Source: Octopus bimaculoides | Taxonomy: Eukaryota | Direction: 5' to 3' | Assembly (NCBI RefSeq): GCF_001194135.2 | Contig: NC_068981.1 | Coordinates: forward strand, 115,245,804-115,279,655 | DNA length: 33,852 nucleotides | In this document: one piece after another, positions 9,253 to 21,235 of the stretch | How the letters are laid out: the number at the start of each line of letters is the position of its first letter | Position numbering within the stretch: the first letter of the stretch is position 1 | Position numbers and translations under genes: made by a program | Notes under the pieces: model-generated | What the model saw: the letters and a program-made list of their open reading frames with translations, nothing else | Told to the model about the DNA's origin: nothing | Database searches by the model: none

Positions 9253-10641
9253 TACTGCTAAGTTTATTAGCAATTAACATTTACTTTCAGTTTCATTTTA
9301 TAATTGACTAATTTACATACCTAAAATAAAAGGACTCCATATACAGACATCTGGCACTATTTATACACAGACACACTCACATGCGCATGTGCCATGATTG
9401 TAGGTAATTTTCTTTGCCTTCCTATTACAATGAATCTAGAGGAGTATTTTGTTCCGGGAACTGGATAACTGATCTTAACAAAGGAAGTCATATTGAACAT
9501 AATTGCTTTAAAAAGAAAGATGTTTACTGTGTTTTCTACAATCACACAATCACACCGTGCTGTCTGATAGCTTGGTGTAGTCCCAAGAGTAAGCGATCAG
9601 GAATAAAGTTTCCTTAGCTGTGAATGATATGATAATTTATAGTCCTCCTTCGCATTGTTTTCATCAAAGACATCATGAACATGGTACTGCGATATTTATT
9701 TTTTTCTGTGAGGATTTTCTGACCAAACGATTGAAGCTTTGATGTAATGTTCACTGCTAAAAATAAACTCTAGACATCTCCTTTCATTCGGTGTGAAAAC
9801 CCGCATTGTCAACATCGAGTTCAACATGGTAAATGTAATAGGACGGCAGTTACAAATCCTTCCAGAAACCAGGATGAAAAGCGTTTGATATATCATCTAC
9901 ACCCTGCTTTTTGATTTTTACTTAACGGGAAACGATTAACGGTCATAATTCTTGGACGAAAATAAAGCACGATGCAGACAAGCAGTAATTTATGATTGCC
10001 GTCAGAGATGATGGAAGGAAAAATTGTAATGCTAGCCTACTGCAATTAATGCCCCGAAACCATGTCCATGGAAGAGCATCTACCGAGGTAGTTTCGGGAC
10101 ATAACAGACAATGCAAGTTAAAACAACTTACACACACACACACACACANNNNNNNNNNNNNNNNNNNNNNNNNNNNNNNNNNNNNNNNNNNNNNNNNNNN
10201 NNNNNNNNNNNNNNNNNNNNNNNNNNNNNNNNNNNNNNNNNNNNNNNNNNNNNNNNNNNNNNNNNNNNNNNNNNNNNNNNNNNNNNNNNNNNNNNNNNNN
10301 NNNNNNNNNNNNNNNNNNNNNNNNNNNNNNNNNNNNNNNNNNNNNNNNNNNNNNNNNNNNNNNNNNNNNNNNNNNNNNNNNNNNNNNNNNNNNNNNNNNN
10401 NNNNNNNNNNNNNNNNNNNNNNNNNNNNNNNNNNNNNNNNNNNNNNNNNNNNNNNNNNNNNNNNNNNNNNNNNNNNNNNNNNNNNNNNNNNNNNNNNNNN
10501 NNNNNNNNNNNNNNNNNNNNNNNNNNNNNNNNNNNNNNNNNNNNNNNNNNNNNNNNNNNNNNNNNNNNNNNNNNNNNNNNNNNNNNNNNNNNNNNNNNNN
10601 NNNNNNNNNNNNNNNNNNNNNNNNNNNNNNNNNNNNNNNNN

Positions 10642-12070
10642 GTTCACTATTTGGAAAGATGACTCTTCAATTTTAATATCGAGAATTTCCTCCATCAACT
10701 CTTTGAATGTTATTATCACTGTTGTTGTTGTTATTATTTTTCAATTTCATGTTCGTTGCAAGACATACTGCTTTCTTTCCTTGATAGTCCGAAGTTTGTT
10801 TGCCCTGACGCGAATAGTACCTAGCATACTAATCGGAAGTATGTCAGAAATTTATCTACTTTAATCTCCACATTCGTCTCCTTCCCAGCGCAGTCTTCGA
10901 AACACTTCTAGGCAAAATAGGAATAGTTTTTGTGAATAGAATTTTCTTGTGTTGTACCCTTCTGATTCGGAAAATGGCTCGAAACTTTGCATAGCCTAAA
11001 GAAATATGTAGCCAGATGGTACAAGCAGTTTTAGCTTTCTTATATGCTGCACAAGGCTTGTAATACAAGAGACGCACACGTTTTATTTTCCACAATGGCT
11101 ATGCAAGAGGGATGTCATTTTCATAGACGTCGATTTCTTTTTTATTTACTTGGAATCGGTCCATTAAGCTTTGAACGCTTCTGACTTATTTTTTTATTTT
11201 TTTGTTTTTGGAGTAGAATAGTTTCTACTTTCCCTTTTGCTTTTTGATTTACAGCCCGTTTGTAGAAAATTCTGCAATCTGTACATTTGGCCTTGTTAAT
11301 TATTTCAACATCTCGGAAGATGTCTGCTTTGTTTGTGATGTAATTTATCTAGTTGAAGGTTTCCTGATTTGAACTTCTCCATGTCCATTTTTACAGTTTC
11401 TTCTTTTTAAAAATGATATTGACTACTTTGAAGGGCTTTCGCCAGAAATTTATTAGGTCTTGCCCTCTGTAATTTCCTGTGTCTTGTATTTTCCTGAACA
11501 GTGCTCGTTTCCTTATCCTGTATTGGCGTTTAAGTCTCTCATGAAGCTAGTGAAGAAAGCTTTGTGACAATCAATTGCTTCGTTGACCTCGTAAAATATT
11601 TCCTACTCTTTTAGAGCATTTGCATATGTTATTAGATTTATTTGGATTATTTTGAGGTAGCACTTCATTGCTATTTTCAAAACAAAGTTGGCTACACGAT
11701 CAGAAATGCTAAATCTCTTGACGTTGTTCTTCATTTATTCCACCTTAAATCCTTCTTTGCCTACATGGTAGAAGAGGTATTTTTTTCTATTAACACTTCA
11801 TCAGGTCTTCAAAATTCACTGATCCTTAAGATGTACTAATTTATATTTTCTATCTGATCAGTTAGTTAAATGGAATTCTTCTGACACTATACGTATTCTA
11901 AATTCATATGGAAGTGTTTTGGAGTTTTGATTTTCGCGTCCTGGAGCCTCATAATTCTTAGGCTTGCTCTTGGACCTCAGTTTCCGCTAATCTGACTGAA
12001 ACGATTGTTAAATTTTGATTAGTTTAAGATTGATTTGAGGAGTGTGCGCAGTATTCTATTGTATTCTATT
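10642..12070 (-). mobile_element. Highly degraded RTE-clade LINE, AP-endonuclease domain plus linker
   Basis: Minus-strand translation with stops: RFSISDRVANFVLKI..KIIQIN..EIFYEVNEAI..FFTSFMRDLNANTG (GDFNA motif)..FKVVNIIFKKKK.*KWTWRS..INYITNKADIFRDVEIINK, matching the APE motif order of RTE elements; interrupted by the gap at 10641. Confidence 0.72.
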
Positions 12071-12484
12071 CTAGTCCACAAATGGCTCATGACTTCTTAT
12101 TTAGTGTATTCGAAACAATCTTGTTTCCAAGGAATCCCCAATCCACTACCCAGGGAACACATCACTCGGCTAATCCGACAACAGCTGGTGGGTATATGAA
12201 TATGTGTTGTGTGTGAGTGTATGTGTAAATAAATAAGTGAATGAATGAGTGCGCATGTGTGTATATGATATAAATCAGAGCTGTCTGTTTGTACTAACAG
12301 CCAAGACACTAGCTAGATAAAGGTCGTCTCCCTTTCTCTCCTACTCCCTATGCCTGCTCACTTTTTCACGAAGCAACTATGTTCCCGTCCCCTCATTTTT
12401 CTTATCTTTACAGTACAGCTGCCCCCACTCCCCCACAAATCCTCCACACGTTTTCTAAATCGGTAAGGTGGTATTTGAAATGTC

Positions 12485-12670
12485 ATAACCAATACCACCA
12501 CAAATATACAGCAGCAGCAGCCGCAGCAGCAACAGCAACAACAGTACTAGCATTACTTACACCAACAGCCCAATGACTACCACCAACATCATCAGTATCA
12601 ACCTCCCCGTTATCGTTGCCTCCACTGCCAGCCCCACAACCGAGAAAAATATAATTACCAACACTATACA
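12485..12670. repeat. Low-complexity (GCA)/(CAA)/(ACC)-rich tract
   Basis: Degenerate trinucleotide repeats; yields poly-Ala/Thr ORFs with no domain signal. Confidence 0.65.
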
Positions 12671-13069
12671 AATCGTCTCCGGCAAGTGTGTCTGTGTAAG
12701 TATTCGCCGTGTTATAAATGGTAGAAATATCTTTCTGAAATGGTACACTACAATCTATAAAGTAGCCTATTGGACAGTGTATTCCTGCATGTACTATTTC
12801 CTAGAAGAAAGAATCGTTGGTCACGTTTGCAATGCTTGGGATCCTTCAAGGACAAATTAATCGACGTCACTANNNNNNNNNNNNNNNNNNNNNNNNNNNN
12901 NNNNNNNNNNNNNNNNNNNNNNNNNNNNNNNNNNNNNNNNNNNNNNNNNNNNNNNNNNNNNNNNNNNNNNNNNNNNNNNNNNNNNNNNNNNNNNNNNNNN
13001 NNNNNNNNNNNNNNNNNNNNNNNNNNNNNNNNNNNNNNNNNNNNNNNNNNNNNNNNNNNNNNNNNNNNN

Positions 13070-13087
13070 CTCCTCCTCCTCCTCCTC

Positions 13088-13152
<65 letters not shown>

Positions 13153-13183
13153 GCTGCTGCCGCTGCTGCCACTGCTGCTGCTA
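13070..13183. repeat. Compound (CCT)n(ACT)n(GCT)n microsatellite
   Basis: Direct reading. Confidence 0.92.
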
Positions 13184-14048
13184 TTAAAATTGTTATCGGC
13201 AGGGATTATGTTATATATTCTGCCTTTATTTTTATCTGTTCGTCATTTCATATTACACATTTGTAATGGATTTGTTAGAAACAATGATGAAGAAATTTGC
13301 CGCACAATTTTGAGGTCCTGTTTTGAATTCCACTGTGTGCCACCTTTACACTCAAAGTTCTCAGTCGGTAGACTTTATATAACCCCCGGATTAACTACTT
13401 TGGGTACTTTTAGCGGAGTTCACTCTGTCACTCTGTCACCAGTATTCGGGCTAGGTCCCCCACTTTTTCCTACTAGACCCTGAAAATATTTAGAGTTATG
13501 TGTGCGGTCTTTAGCAGTGTGAAACAATGCTCTATCTAGAGTGTTTTTCCTACAGAATTAATTGTAGGAAATGGAGGAAATATATTGGTTTATACAAAAA
13601 CCAATCATATCGCTTTATTGATAAATCTAAACGCGCACACATACACTCATACACACACATGTGTGTATGTGGTTTGTATGTGTGTATATATTTGCGTTTA
13701 TGTTCATCCCACCCTACACATATACATACATATATACATGCACATATACACATGTCTAGTACTTTATGTGTTTGTGAAATTACATAATGTTAAAACACAG
13801 AAGTAGAGAAGAACTCAATAACTTAGATAAAGTTTGTGGTTCAGTCGTCAGTTGAAAGAACGACTGTGGCTGACTGAGTTCAATAGATCAGTACTGACAG
13901 AAGAATTTTCGAAGAGCACGAATTTCTGAGTAAGGGTATAGCTGTAACCAGGACTATAACCTCCCCCTCCACACACACACATTCACCTTCTAATGAAGCA
14001 TTAGATAATCGCTAAACAATGATAATCGTTAACAATGAGTACTCTAAT

Positions 14049-14115
14049 ATAGGGTTCCCAAACCACCTGGGCCGAGGATCATTTATTACTTGGCCGCCCG
14101 GAAAGAATAAATTTA
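14049..14115. mobile_element. Possible hAT (Charlie-like) transposon terminus
   Basis: tagggttcccaaaccacctgggccgaggatc..ggccgcc resembles the CAGGGGTCCCCAA..GGGCCGCGGA ends of Charlie-type hAT elements, from recall. No partner TIR or 8-bp TSD found. Confidence 0.35.
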
Positions 14116-14972
14116 TAAATTACATTTCTGTTTTGTTGATTATCGCACTCTAAAGTATGTTTTTGCATTATGTATGTATTATATATGTAATATAGTATGC
14201 ATTATGTATGTAACAATTAAATCATATATTATGTACTTTAGCATTGCTAATAGACTAAAGTATAGGTATTCCACAGCACAAGAACAGAAGCGATGCAGTA
14301 CTCAATAGAAATACACAAACTGCATCGCATGCTTTCAGGGTAACGTTACCCTGAAAGCGGTTATAAAATGAATACATCATTGAATAACTAATGAAACCAA
14401 ACACGATTGGCACCAAACCTAACTACAAGCTCAGAGAATACATTACAACAACATCAAAATATATATTAAAAAAAAAAAAACTTCTTAACCTGAAACCATA
14501 AATTAACAAAGAACAGGACGTTGAAATAATACAATATGCAAATTTCAATGTAAACATGGAAGTTGTAAACAACATGTCTCAAACTGTTACATTGGACAGA
14601 CGGGAACGCTAACTTATTTTTACAAAATGCCACGTCCTAAATCCTTTCATACCGTGTTTTTGATTTCGGTTGTTTCCAACTTAGCTTTCAGTGAAATTAC
14701 TTTGAATAAACAGAGCTATTGAAGACACTGAGAATTTATTTAATTAGCTACTCAACAAGACAATCAACAGTGTTTAATTAACGATTCAGAAGGGATGTGA
14801 AAACAATCAAAATTGTTTAATTAACGAAACAACAATTACCGCTGAAAATAATCGAACTTTAACGAAATGAAAAATCAGTATAAATTTTGGCATCACGTCG
14901 CTGTTTAAGATTCATTATTGCAAGTTTCACAAATCTTACAAATCATTATCCTTCCTCTTGTATAGCAAACAT

Positions 14973-15044
14973 ACCTGCGCCCTGATGCACCTGCGCCCTG
15001 ATGCACCTGCGCCCTGATGCACCTGCGCCCTGATGCACCTGCGC
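14973..15044. repeat. Perfect 16-bp minisatellite (ACCTGCGCCCTGATGC) x4.5
   Basis: Units start at 14973, 14989, 15005 and 15021, with a half unit at 15037-15044. Confidence 0.95.
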
Positions 15045-15274
15045 GCATATTTTTAAGTGTGTTGTTTTTTTCCTTAATCACTTTTTAAAACCCTACTGTG
15101 GTTATTATCTCTGCTGTTGAAAAACTAAAAACAATTAGTCATTTTTTTATACGCACATATATATGCACAAACGTATTTTATTTACCTTCACACATTCATG
15201 CAAAGATATACGTTATACATACGCGCGCACACACGCACACACACATCGCGCGCGCGTAATACACGGGCATGTTT

Positions 15275-15480
15275 GTGCGGTTGAGAAGCTTGCTTCTCGA
15301 TCGTGCGGTTTTGGCTTTAGTCTCACTGCGCAAGATCTTGCGAGGGAGTCTTCTACTATAGCCTAGGGCCGACTAAAGCCTTGAATGGATTTGATTCGTG
15401 GAAACTGAAAGCGCATCGTATATGTGTGTGCGTGTGCGTGTGTGTTTGTGTGTGTGAGTTTGTGTCTGTACACACACACA
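15275..15480 (+). mobile_element. tRNA-derived SINE family 2, 5' half, degraded
   Basis: gagaagcttgcttctc..cttctactatagcctagggccgactaaagccttg..ggaaactgaaag aligns with 19038-19190 and the reverse complement of 20780-20921. Confidence 0.7.
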
Positions 15481-16004
15481 CACAAACTATAAATGGGAAG
15501 AAATTCAGCGCCCCACAATCATCTCCTTCAGCTCTAGCTTGCTGGCTTTGCAGCCTAGCAAAAAGCGCGCCATTCGACAGTTCAAAATATACATTATTAT
15601 GCACTCAGCTGGACCCTCTGTATAACTGACGACTCAGCTAATTTCTAGTCTTGCTTCTCATCAGTTATATTTAACAAATGAACCATTAAAAGAACTGCAA
15701 ACTACTTCCTGTATCTAGGTCAGACCAACACAGTTCAAACGCCTCAGCTACTTATTATTAAGTTCTCTTAATAAACTAACTAGTATTTTAATGAATCAAT
15801 GAGCCTGTACTGTAAGCAGCAGTAACAACAGCAAGGTACAAGTGTTTTGCCTGCTTTTTAATGAAAAGTTCATACAGTTACAGTGAGGTGAATGATAAAC
15901 ACTGCCCTAGAAACGCTGCATGGTGGACACTACACAATTGCTCTGTCTGGACTCCACAGAACCACACCACTTGCAACATAACAAACGGAAATGCTGACAG
16001 GAGG

Positions 16005-16180
16005 GCTGTATTACTTGACCTTCTAATAAATAGCAAACAATGCCCTCAAAAATCACTGCCTTACGTCTTAAAACAGGAAGGTCACATTAGATCATGTAAA
16101 CATAGATATACAACGAAAGGAATGGTCATGGTTGGAATGATTTTGATCAGAGCTGTACAAAACCAACACTGACCTGAGGA
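16005..16180 (+). mobile_element. Old SINE-like repeat (same family as 7697-7915), copy 1 of a tandem pair
   Basis: cttgaccttctaataaatagcaaacaat..caggaaggtcacattagatcatgtaaac..tggtcatggttggaatgattttgatc. Confidence 0.45.
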
Positions 16181-16234
16181 TAAACAAGAACATAAACGAA
16201 AGCCAATAAGGGATCTTGTGTAACACCGCTTTAG

Positions 16235-16420
16235 GTGCTAAAAATTGCAGCCAAATATTTCTGAGCTTACACACTACTGTTGTCAAAAGGAAGCGCACGT
16301 GGATTATTGTAGCCTAGCATACAAACAAAAGGACGGTAATATGATCACGGCCCTCTAAGCCTTTGATCATGTCTGTTCAGTGGGTGACCTTGGGCTAAAT
16401 ACCAACGACAGCAATAATTT
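16235..16420 (+). mobile_element. Old SINE-like repeat, copy 2 of the tandem pair
   Basis: gctaaaaattgcagccaaat..aaaggaagcgcacgtggattattgtagcc..gggctaaataccaacgacagcaataat. Confidence 0.5.
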
Positions 16421-16533
16421 CAATAAACTATTCTTTTGTTAACTATGATGTCAATAAATAAATAAATAAATGAAAATTCTCGACGGAGGATCTCACACAC
16501 TTCAACACCTTCCTAAATATGTAGACATGCATG

Positions 16534-16536
<3 letters not shown>

Positions 16537-16596
<60 letters not shown>

Positions 16597-16669
16597 GTAT
16601 GTGTGTTGAAGTCCATGTCTGTCTGAAACCTGTGCAGGCGTGCTTGTCTGATTGCCAGAAATAGAATGA

Positions 16670-16700
<31 letters not shown>

Positions 16701-16705
16701 CATTC
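16537..16705. repeat. (GT)n and (TACA)n microsatellites
   Basis: Direct reading: (GT)n at 16537-16605, (TACA)n at 16670-16703. Confidence 0.9.
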
Positions 16706-17239
16706 ATTTATTCATAGGTATGTAGATAGATAGAATGAGACAGAAGTAGTTATATGTATGTGTGTATGTTTGTATATACCTATCACATCTATAGAAAATG
16801 TATGTCAACATGTGTATATGATCCGTGTAATTGTATCTAGGTATACTTATGAGTAGAAAGGCAAATATTATTCGGGTCTAATTACTTGGGTTAATAGACG
16901 TGTGTATGTCAGATCTTAGTCGTAGTTTATGTCTATGGATGTGTGTTTGAGTGAGAGAGTGTCTGTGTGCGTTTGTGTCTTTCTGTTGCGTCGATAGTAG
17001 ACGTTTTATAACGAATTAACTGACAGAGTGATAAGAACGGCGTGATAGATAAACATATAGAAAGAGAGGTTATATGATTTTACTTAGGGTTTTGTTGAAG
17101 TTCAAGCTGGTCGCTAACAAAGCGACAAAACTTTTTGAGTTAAGAGTTGCCAGTGTTTGTAAATGTGTGGTTGAGTTGGTGTCTTAGTTGAACTGTTGGT
17201 GGTGTGTGCATCTATTCACATAAGAATCTTTGATGGAGA

Positions 17240-18165
17240 ATTTTTGGAATGTCTTACAGATCTTCTCTGTGCCATTAAAATATTGGATTTGGAGAATCGG
17301 CGTCAGTTTCTTCCTAGGTTTTTGTGCAAATTTATTTGTACATAACCTAATGCACATATGATGATAGGTGTAAATGAGAATTTATGGTCAGGGTACAAGT
17401 GCTGTAAGTTCCGCATTAATTCACCACCATAAATCTTCTCTTTTTCTTGGACTTTTGATTGTACATTCACACCCACTGGGCAGCTGACCACTAGAACAAT
17501 GCATGACATTTGTTCCTTGTCCCTCAGAACAATATCAAGTGTGTTATGTTTGCACCAAATTGCTGTTTTTATTGGAGTGTTCCACTAGTATTCCTTGTTT
17601 TTAAAGGTGTGAATACCTGCTGGTTCTGACATGCTTTGATGTATATACACCAGCACAGTTGTTCCTGCAGATAACATTGTAAATAGTCTTTGCAGCTATA
17701 TCTTGCCTCAGGGGCAGGTGGTATCTCGTAGACATTTTGGAGTAGCTGCTAATGACGTGGGTGATATCTTCCACACTGGTATAACAAAGCCAATATTTAT
17801 TATCACAACGTAGAAATTTGGTGGTATCTTTATCTATCTTGTTTATCAGGTATTTAGTAGCTGTCTCCTGTTCTTGGATAGCAAAGGCATATCCTTCTAG
17901 GTGGGATGTAATGTATATATCGCAGGTCCAGGAGAGGATACTTACTCTTTCTGTCAATGCTGTTGCTCCGTCTTGCTTACGGGATCCATCCAGTGATTTC
18001 TGTTGGTATGATGCCTGCTCTCCTCCAAACGTCTGCCTCTTTTGGAAGGTCTTCTCCAACTCTGAAGATGTTGTTGCTCTTATTTTTGAGTGTGCATGGA
18101 ATGTACTCATTTCTTTCTTTGCTGTTCTGCAGCTGTTGTCAGAGGGAGACAATGCAAAATTCGTA
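17240..18165 (-). mobile_element. Degraded RLE-type non-LTR retrotransposon C-terminal region, copy C (a different lineage from A and B)
   Basis: ORF 17601-18188: SHLEGYAFAIQEQETATKYL..CDNKYWLCYTSVEDITHVISSYSKMSTRYHLPLRQD (decayed CCHC + RHD); then EY*WNTPIKTAIWCKHNTLDIVLRDKE..VVSCPVGVNV..EKEKIYGG..FTPIIICALG and GTEKICKTFQKF. Confidence 0.82.
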
Positions 18166-18319
18166 TTTATGTATGTATGTATGAACACATATTTGTGTAT
18201 TTATATATATATATATATATATATATNNNNNNNNNNNNNNNNNNNNNNNNNNNNNNNNNNNNNNNNNNNNNNNNNNNNNNNNNNNNNNNNNNNNNNNNNN
18301 NNNNNNNNNNNNNNNNNNN

Positions 18320-18370
<51 letters not shown>

Positions 18371-18460
18371 ATATATGTATGTATGCATGTATGTGTGTAT
18401 GTGTGTGTACACATATATGTATGAACTCATGTTTGTATGTGTGTGTGTGTGTGTGTGTGT
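18320..18460. repeat. (GT)n/(TATG)n compound microsatellite after a gap
   Basis: Direct reading. Confidence 0.9.
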
Positions 18461-19037
18461 ACGTACACTTTGGTCTCTTATATGTATATAGCCGGATAAG
18501 GAATAAGAATGTATTAAATAATATAAAAGAACATATTTTGATTTTTTGAAATCATCTGTGCTTCCAGAAACGATAGCAAAATAACTTGGTGGCATTTGGG
18601 ACCATCTCTAAATGAGATGGGCAAATAATCTGGGGAATCAAGAATTTCTCCAAATCTGACGTGTCACAAAGGAATAACCATTCTGATTGTTTGTAGTCAA
18701 GTGGGCAGTTGTATACGTGTTCCTGCCTCATTTGGCGTCATCAACAGCGCAGTTGTCCTATCTTATTTCTAGTAGAATGACACAGACATATTACGAGTAT
18801 CTTATGTACATTACTTAGGCCATAAATGTGTTCTATTCTGACTGATTTCTGACGTAAATACAAAGTATAGAATTGGGGTAGGATTGATTATGACCAAAGA
18901 ATTGTTCATGGCTGGTATTTATTTAATCGATCCTGGAAAGATGTAAGGAAACGTTTGGGGGAATACGAAATCGGTAAGTAAACAGATGTGCATTTTATCA
19001 GACGCCCTTCCAATTCTACAAAGCTACGTGGATTATT

Positions 19038-19500
19038 GGTGGATGTGAGTTAAGAAGCTCACTTTGCAGCCCAATAGTTTCGGCATTGGTCCCACGACGT
19101 GGCACATTAAGCAAGTACTTTACTAAAGCCCCGGGTCGACCAACATCTTGTAAGTGAATTTGGTAGACGGAAACTGTAGAAACCCATTGTACACTCACAT
19201 CCGTACACACATACACATACACATACATACACCTCCACCGCCCATATATATGTATATACGGATGTGTGTGTACGTGTACACATAGATGTATGTATGTGTG
19301 TTTGTCCATGTCATCTCACCACCGCTTGACAACCGATGTTTGTTCGTTTACGTTTCCGTAGCTTAGCGAAAGGACAAAACACCGATAAAATAAATATCAC
19401 TCTTAAAATTAATCCTGGGGTTGATGTGTTCACCTAAACTATTCAGCGTGGTGCGCCAGTATGGCCGCAGTCCAAAGACTGAAACGAGTAAAAGTAAAAT
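19038..19500 (+). mobile_element. tRNA-derived SINE family 2, near full length, with internal simple-repeat block
   Basis: Head gagttaagaagctcac..ggtcccacgacgtggcac, body gtgaatttggtagacggaaactg, CA/TA/TG block, ccgcttgacaaccgatg..gtttacg, tail ccagtatggccgcagtccaaagactgaaacgagtaaaag. Collinear with the reverse complement of 20450-20921. Confidence 0.82.
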
Positions 19501-20449
19501 ATATGTGCGTGTGTGTGTGAAATATATATATGTATATATATAAAGGAATTCGCGAACACGTATACAGACTGTATAATATATGTATGATCGTATGTATATT
19601 GATAAAAGGAATATACGGTATTAATATGATATAAATGGAAGGCTATAAATGTAGATACTGTGATTCAAAGAGATGAAATTTTCCTTTTCTCGGAAAATGA
19701 GGTGACCGAGAAAAGAAGTTGCCATGACGAGTTTCCACTCAACAGTTGCCTATATATTTTCCTGACATAGTTTTCATATATAAATCCATTCAGCCATCCA
19801 ACGTTCCTTCATTCATTCAATCATTTATTCCCTGTCTCTTCCTTTGTAATATCTTTTACTCAACTTTTCTCTCCCTTTCTTTTTTACACTGCTCTGTTGG
19901 TAAGTACCCTCAATGAGGGAAGCGTTACTATCGTGTAAAATATCACCTACACCTCTAATACACCGTCTGAAAAATATTACATACTTAGTACAATGTTCAA
20001 TTTTCTGGCGTAGATACGAAATAAATCTGATTATGACATCAGTTTACAAAAGGACACGTCGTGCACAGATTTCGTATTTTCTCCCGACACCTGCAAATAT
20101 AAAGCTTCTTGCTCAATAGTACAAGGAAACGCAAGTAGCTGGTGCTGTTTAATAATGAAACGCTGGTCTAGGGTTGCAGTTTGAATCAAACCTTCTATTC
20201 CTAATTTTAGAGTTCAGTTTGTCAGCAATTGTTTGGCGAAAGAGATTCTCTATGCAGTTTTCTGATGTTATTTTAATTCTTTTTACTTTTGTTTAATACC
20301 TCCTACTTGACTAACAAAAGTATAGATTTACGGTGAAATAGTTTTGTTGCTTCGCTCCAGATCAGCCTTGATGCATCAGGCTAATGATAATGGGCATCAA
20401 TTCTCTTTTCTCTGACATATTGTCTAGAAAAACATTATTTTTTATATTC

Positions 20450-20663
20450 TATCTTTTCCTTGTTTCAGTCATAAGACTCCGGCAATGCTGGGGCAGTGCC
20501 TTGTAGAATTTCAGTAGAACGAATCGACCCCAGTACTTTTAATTTTTTTTAAAGCATAATACTTATTCTTTCGCCCTTTTTTGTCGAACCGTTAAGTTAC
20601 CGGAACGTAAAAACACCAACATTAATTGTCAAGCGGTGGTGGTGGGAAAACGGACACCCACAC

Positions 20664-20719
<56 letters not shown>

Positions 20720-20732
20720 GTCTGTCTGTCTA

Positions 20733-20767
<35 letters not shown>

Positions 20768-20921
20768 TTCTGTCTGTCTATACGACAGGCTTCTTTCATT
20801 TTCCGTCGACCAAATCCACTCACAAAGCTCTGGTCGGCCCGAGGCTATAGTAGAAGACATTTTCCCAAGGTGCCACGCAGTCAAACGACCACAGAGAAGC
20901 ATCCTAGTTGAAACAGCCACT
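20450..20921 (-). mobile_element. tRNA-derived SINE family 2, near full length, with internal (TCTA)n(TCTG)n
   Basis: cttgtttcagtcataagac..gtcgaaccgttaagttac..ttgtcaagcggtgg..cttctttcattttccgtcgaccaaatccactcacaaagctctggtcggcccgaggctatagtagaagac..ccaaggtgccacgcag. Confidence 0.85.
20665..20780. repeat. (TCTA)n(TCTG)n tetranucleotide microsatellite inside the SINE
   Basis: Direct reading. Confidence 0.92.
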
Positions 20922-21092
20922 GTCTATATATTTTCTTTTAGTTCATGGTTCCACGTTTTTTGTATTGAGATATATATATATATACTGCAGTAAATAAATT
21001 CCGCAACGTGTGAAAGTTGTTAACTGGCAATAATTAATGAACAAAACAATACTACATTGCCGAAAGACTTACATGCACATGTATGTATGCAT

Positions 21093-21235
21093 GCAACAGG
21101 CTTCCGCACAGTTTCCGGCCATCACATTTCATTTCCAAACATTGGTCAACCCGAGACTATAGAAAACAATTGCTTAAAATGTTGTACAGCTGAATCGAAA
21201 TGTAGTCGTGAAGCAAATTCATTCCACCTATAAGC
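21093..21235 (-). mobile_element. SINE family 2, old 5' fragment
   Basis: caggcttcc..cagtttcc..ttggtcaacccgagactatag aligns with 20785-20850. Confidence 0.55.

Noticed and set aside
9414-9896. Small ORFs 9414-9617 (+) and 9696-9896 (-) in apparently unique sequence
   Set aside because: No recognisable motif; lengths expected by chance.
9943-10864. Longest listed ORFs (258-290 aa), and similar ones at 4108, 7059, 12770, 17818 and 31882
   Set aside because: They are open only because they run through N-gaps.
11775-11810. CTGATGA..GAAA on the minus strand
   Set aside because: No helix II pairing; lies within the RTE APE coding remnant.
14973-15044. CRISPR-like array
   Set aside because: Pure tandem units with no spacers, in eukaryotic DNA with no cas genes.
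15487-15540. TATAAA box with downstream initiator-like TCAGCT
   Set aside because: Motifs are too common in AT-rich DNA and there is no downstream gene evidence.
18585-18700. LVAFGTISK*DGQII resembling an RLE-LINE C-terminus on the plus strand
   Set aside because: Only one short motif matches; flanking motifs do not.
19684-19715. 10-bp stem CTTTTCTCGG/CCGAGAAAAG with 12-nt loop
   Set aside because: Isolated; near chance expectation for a window of this size.
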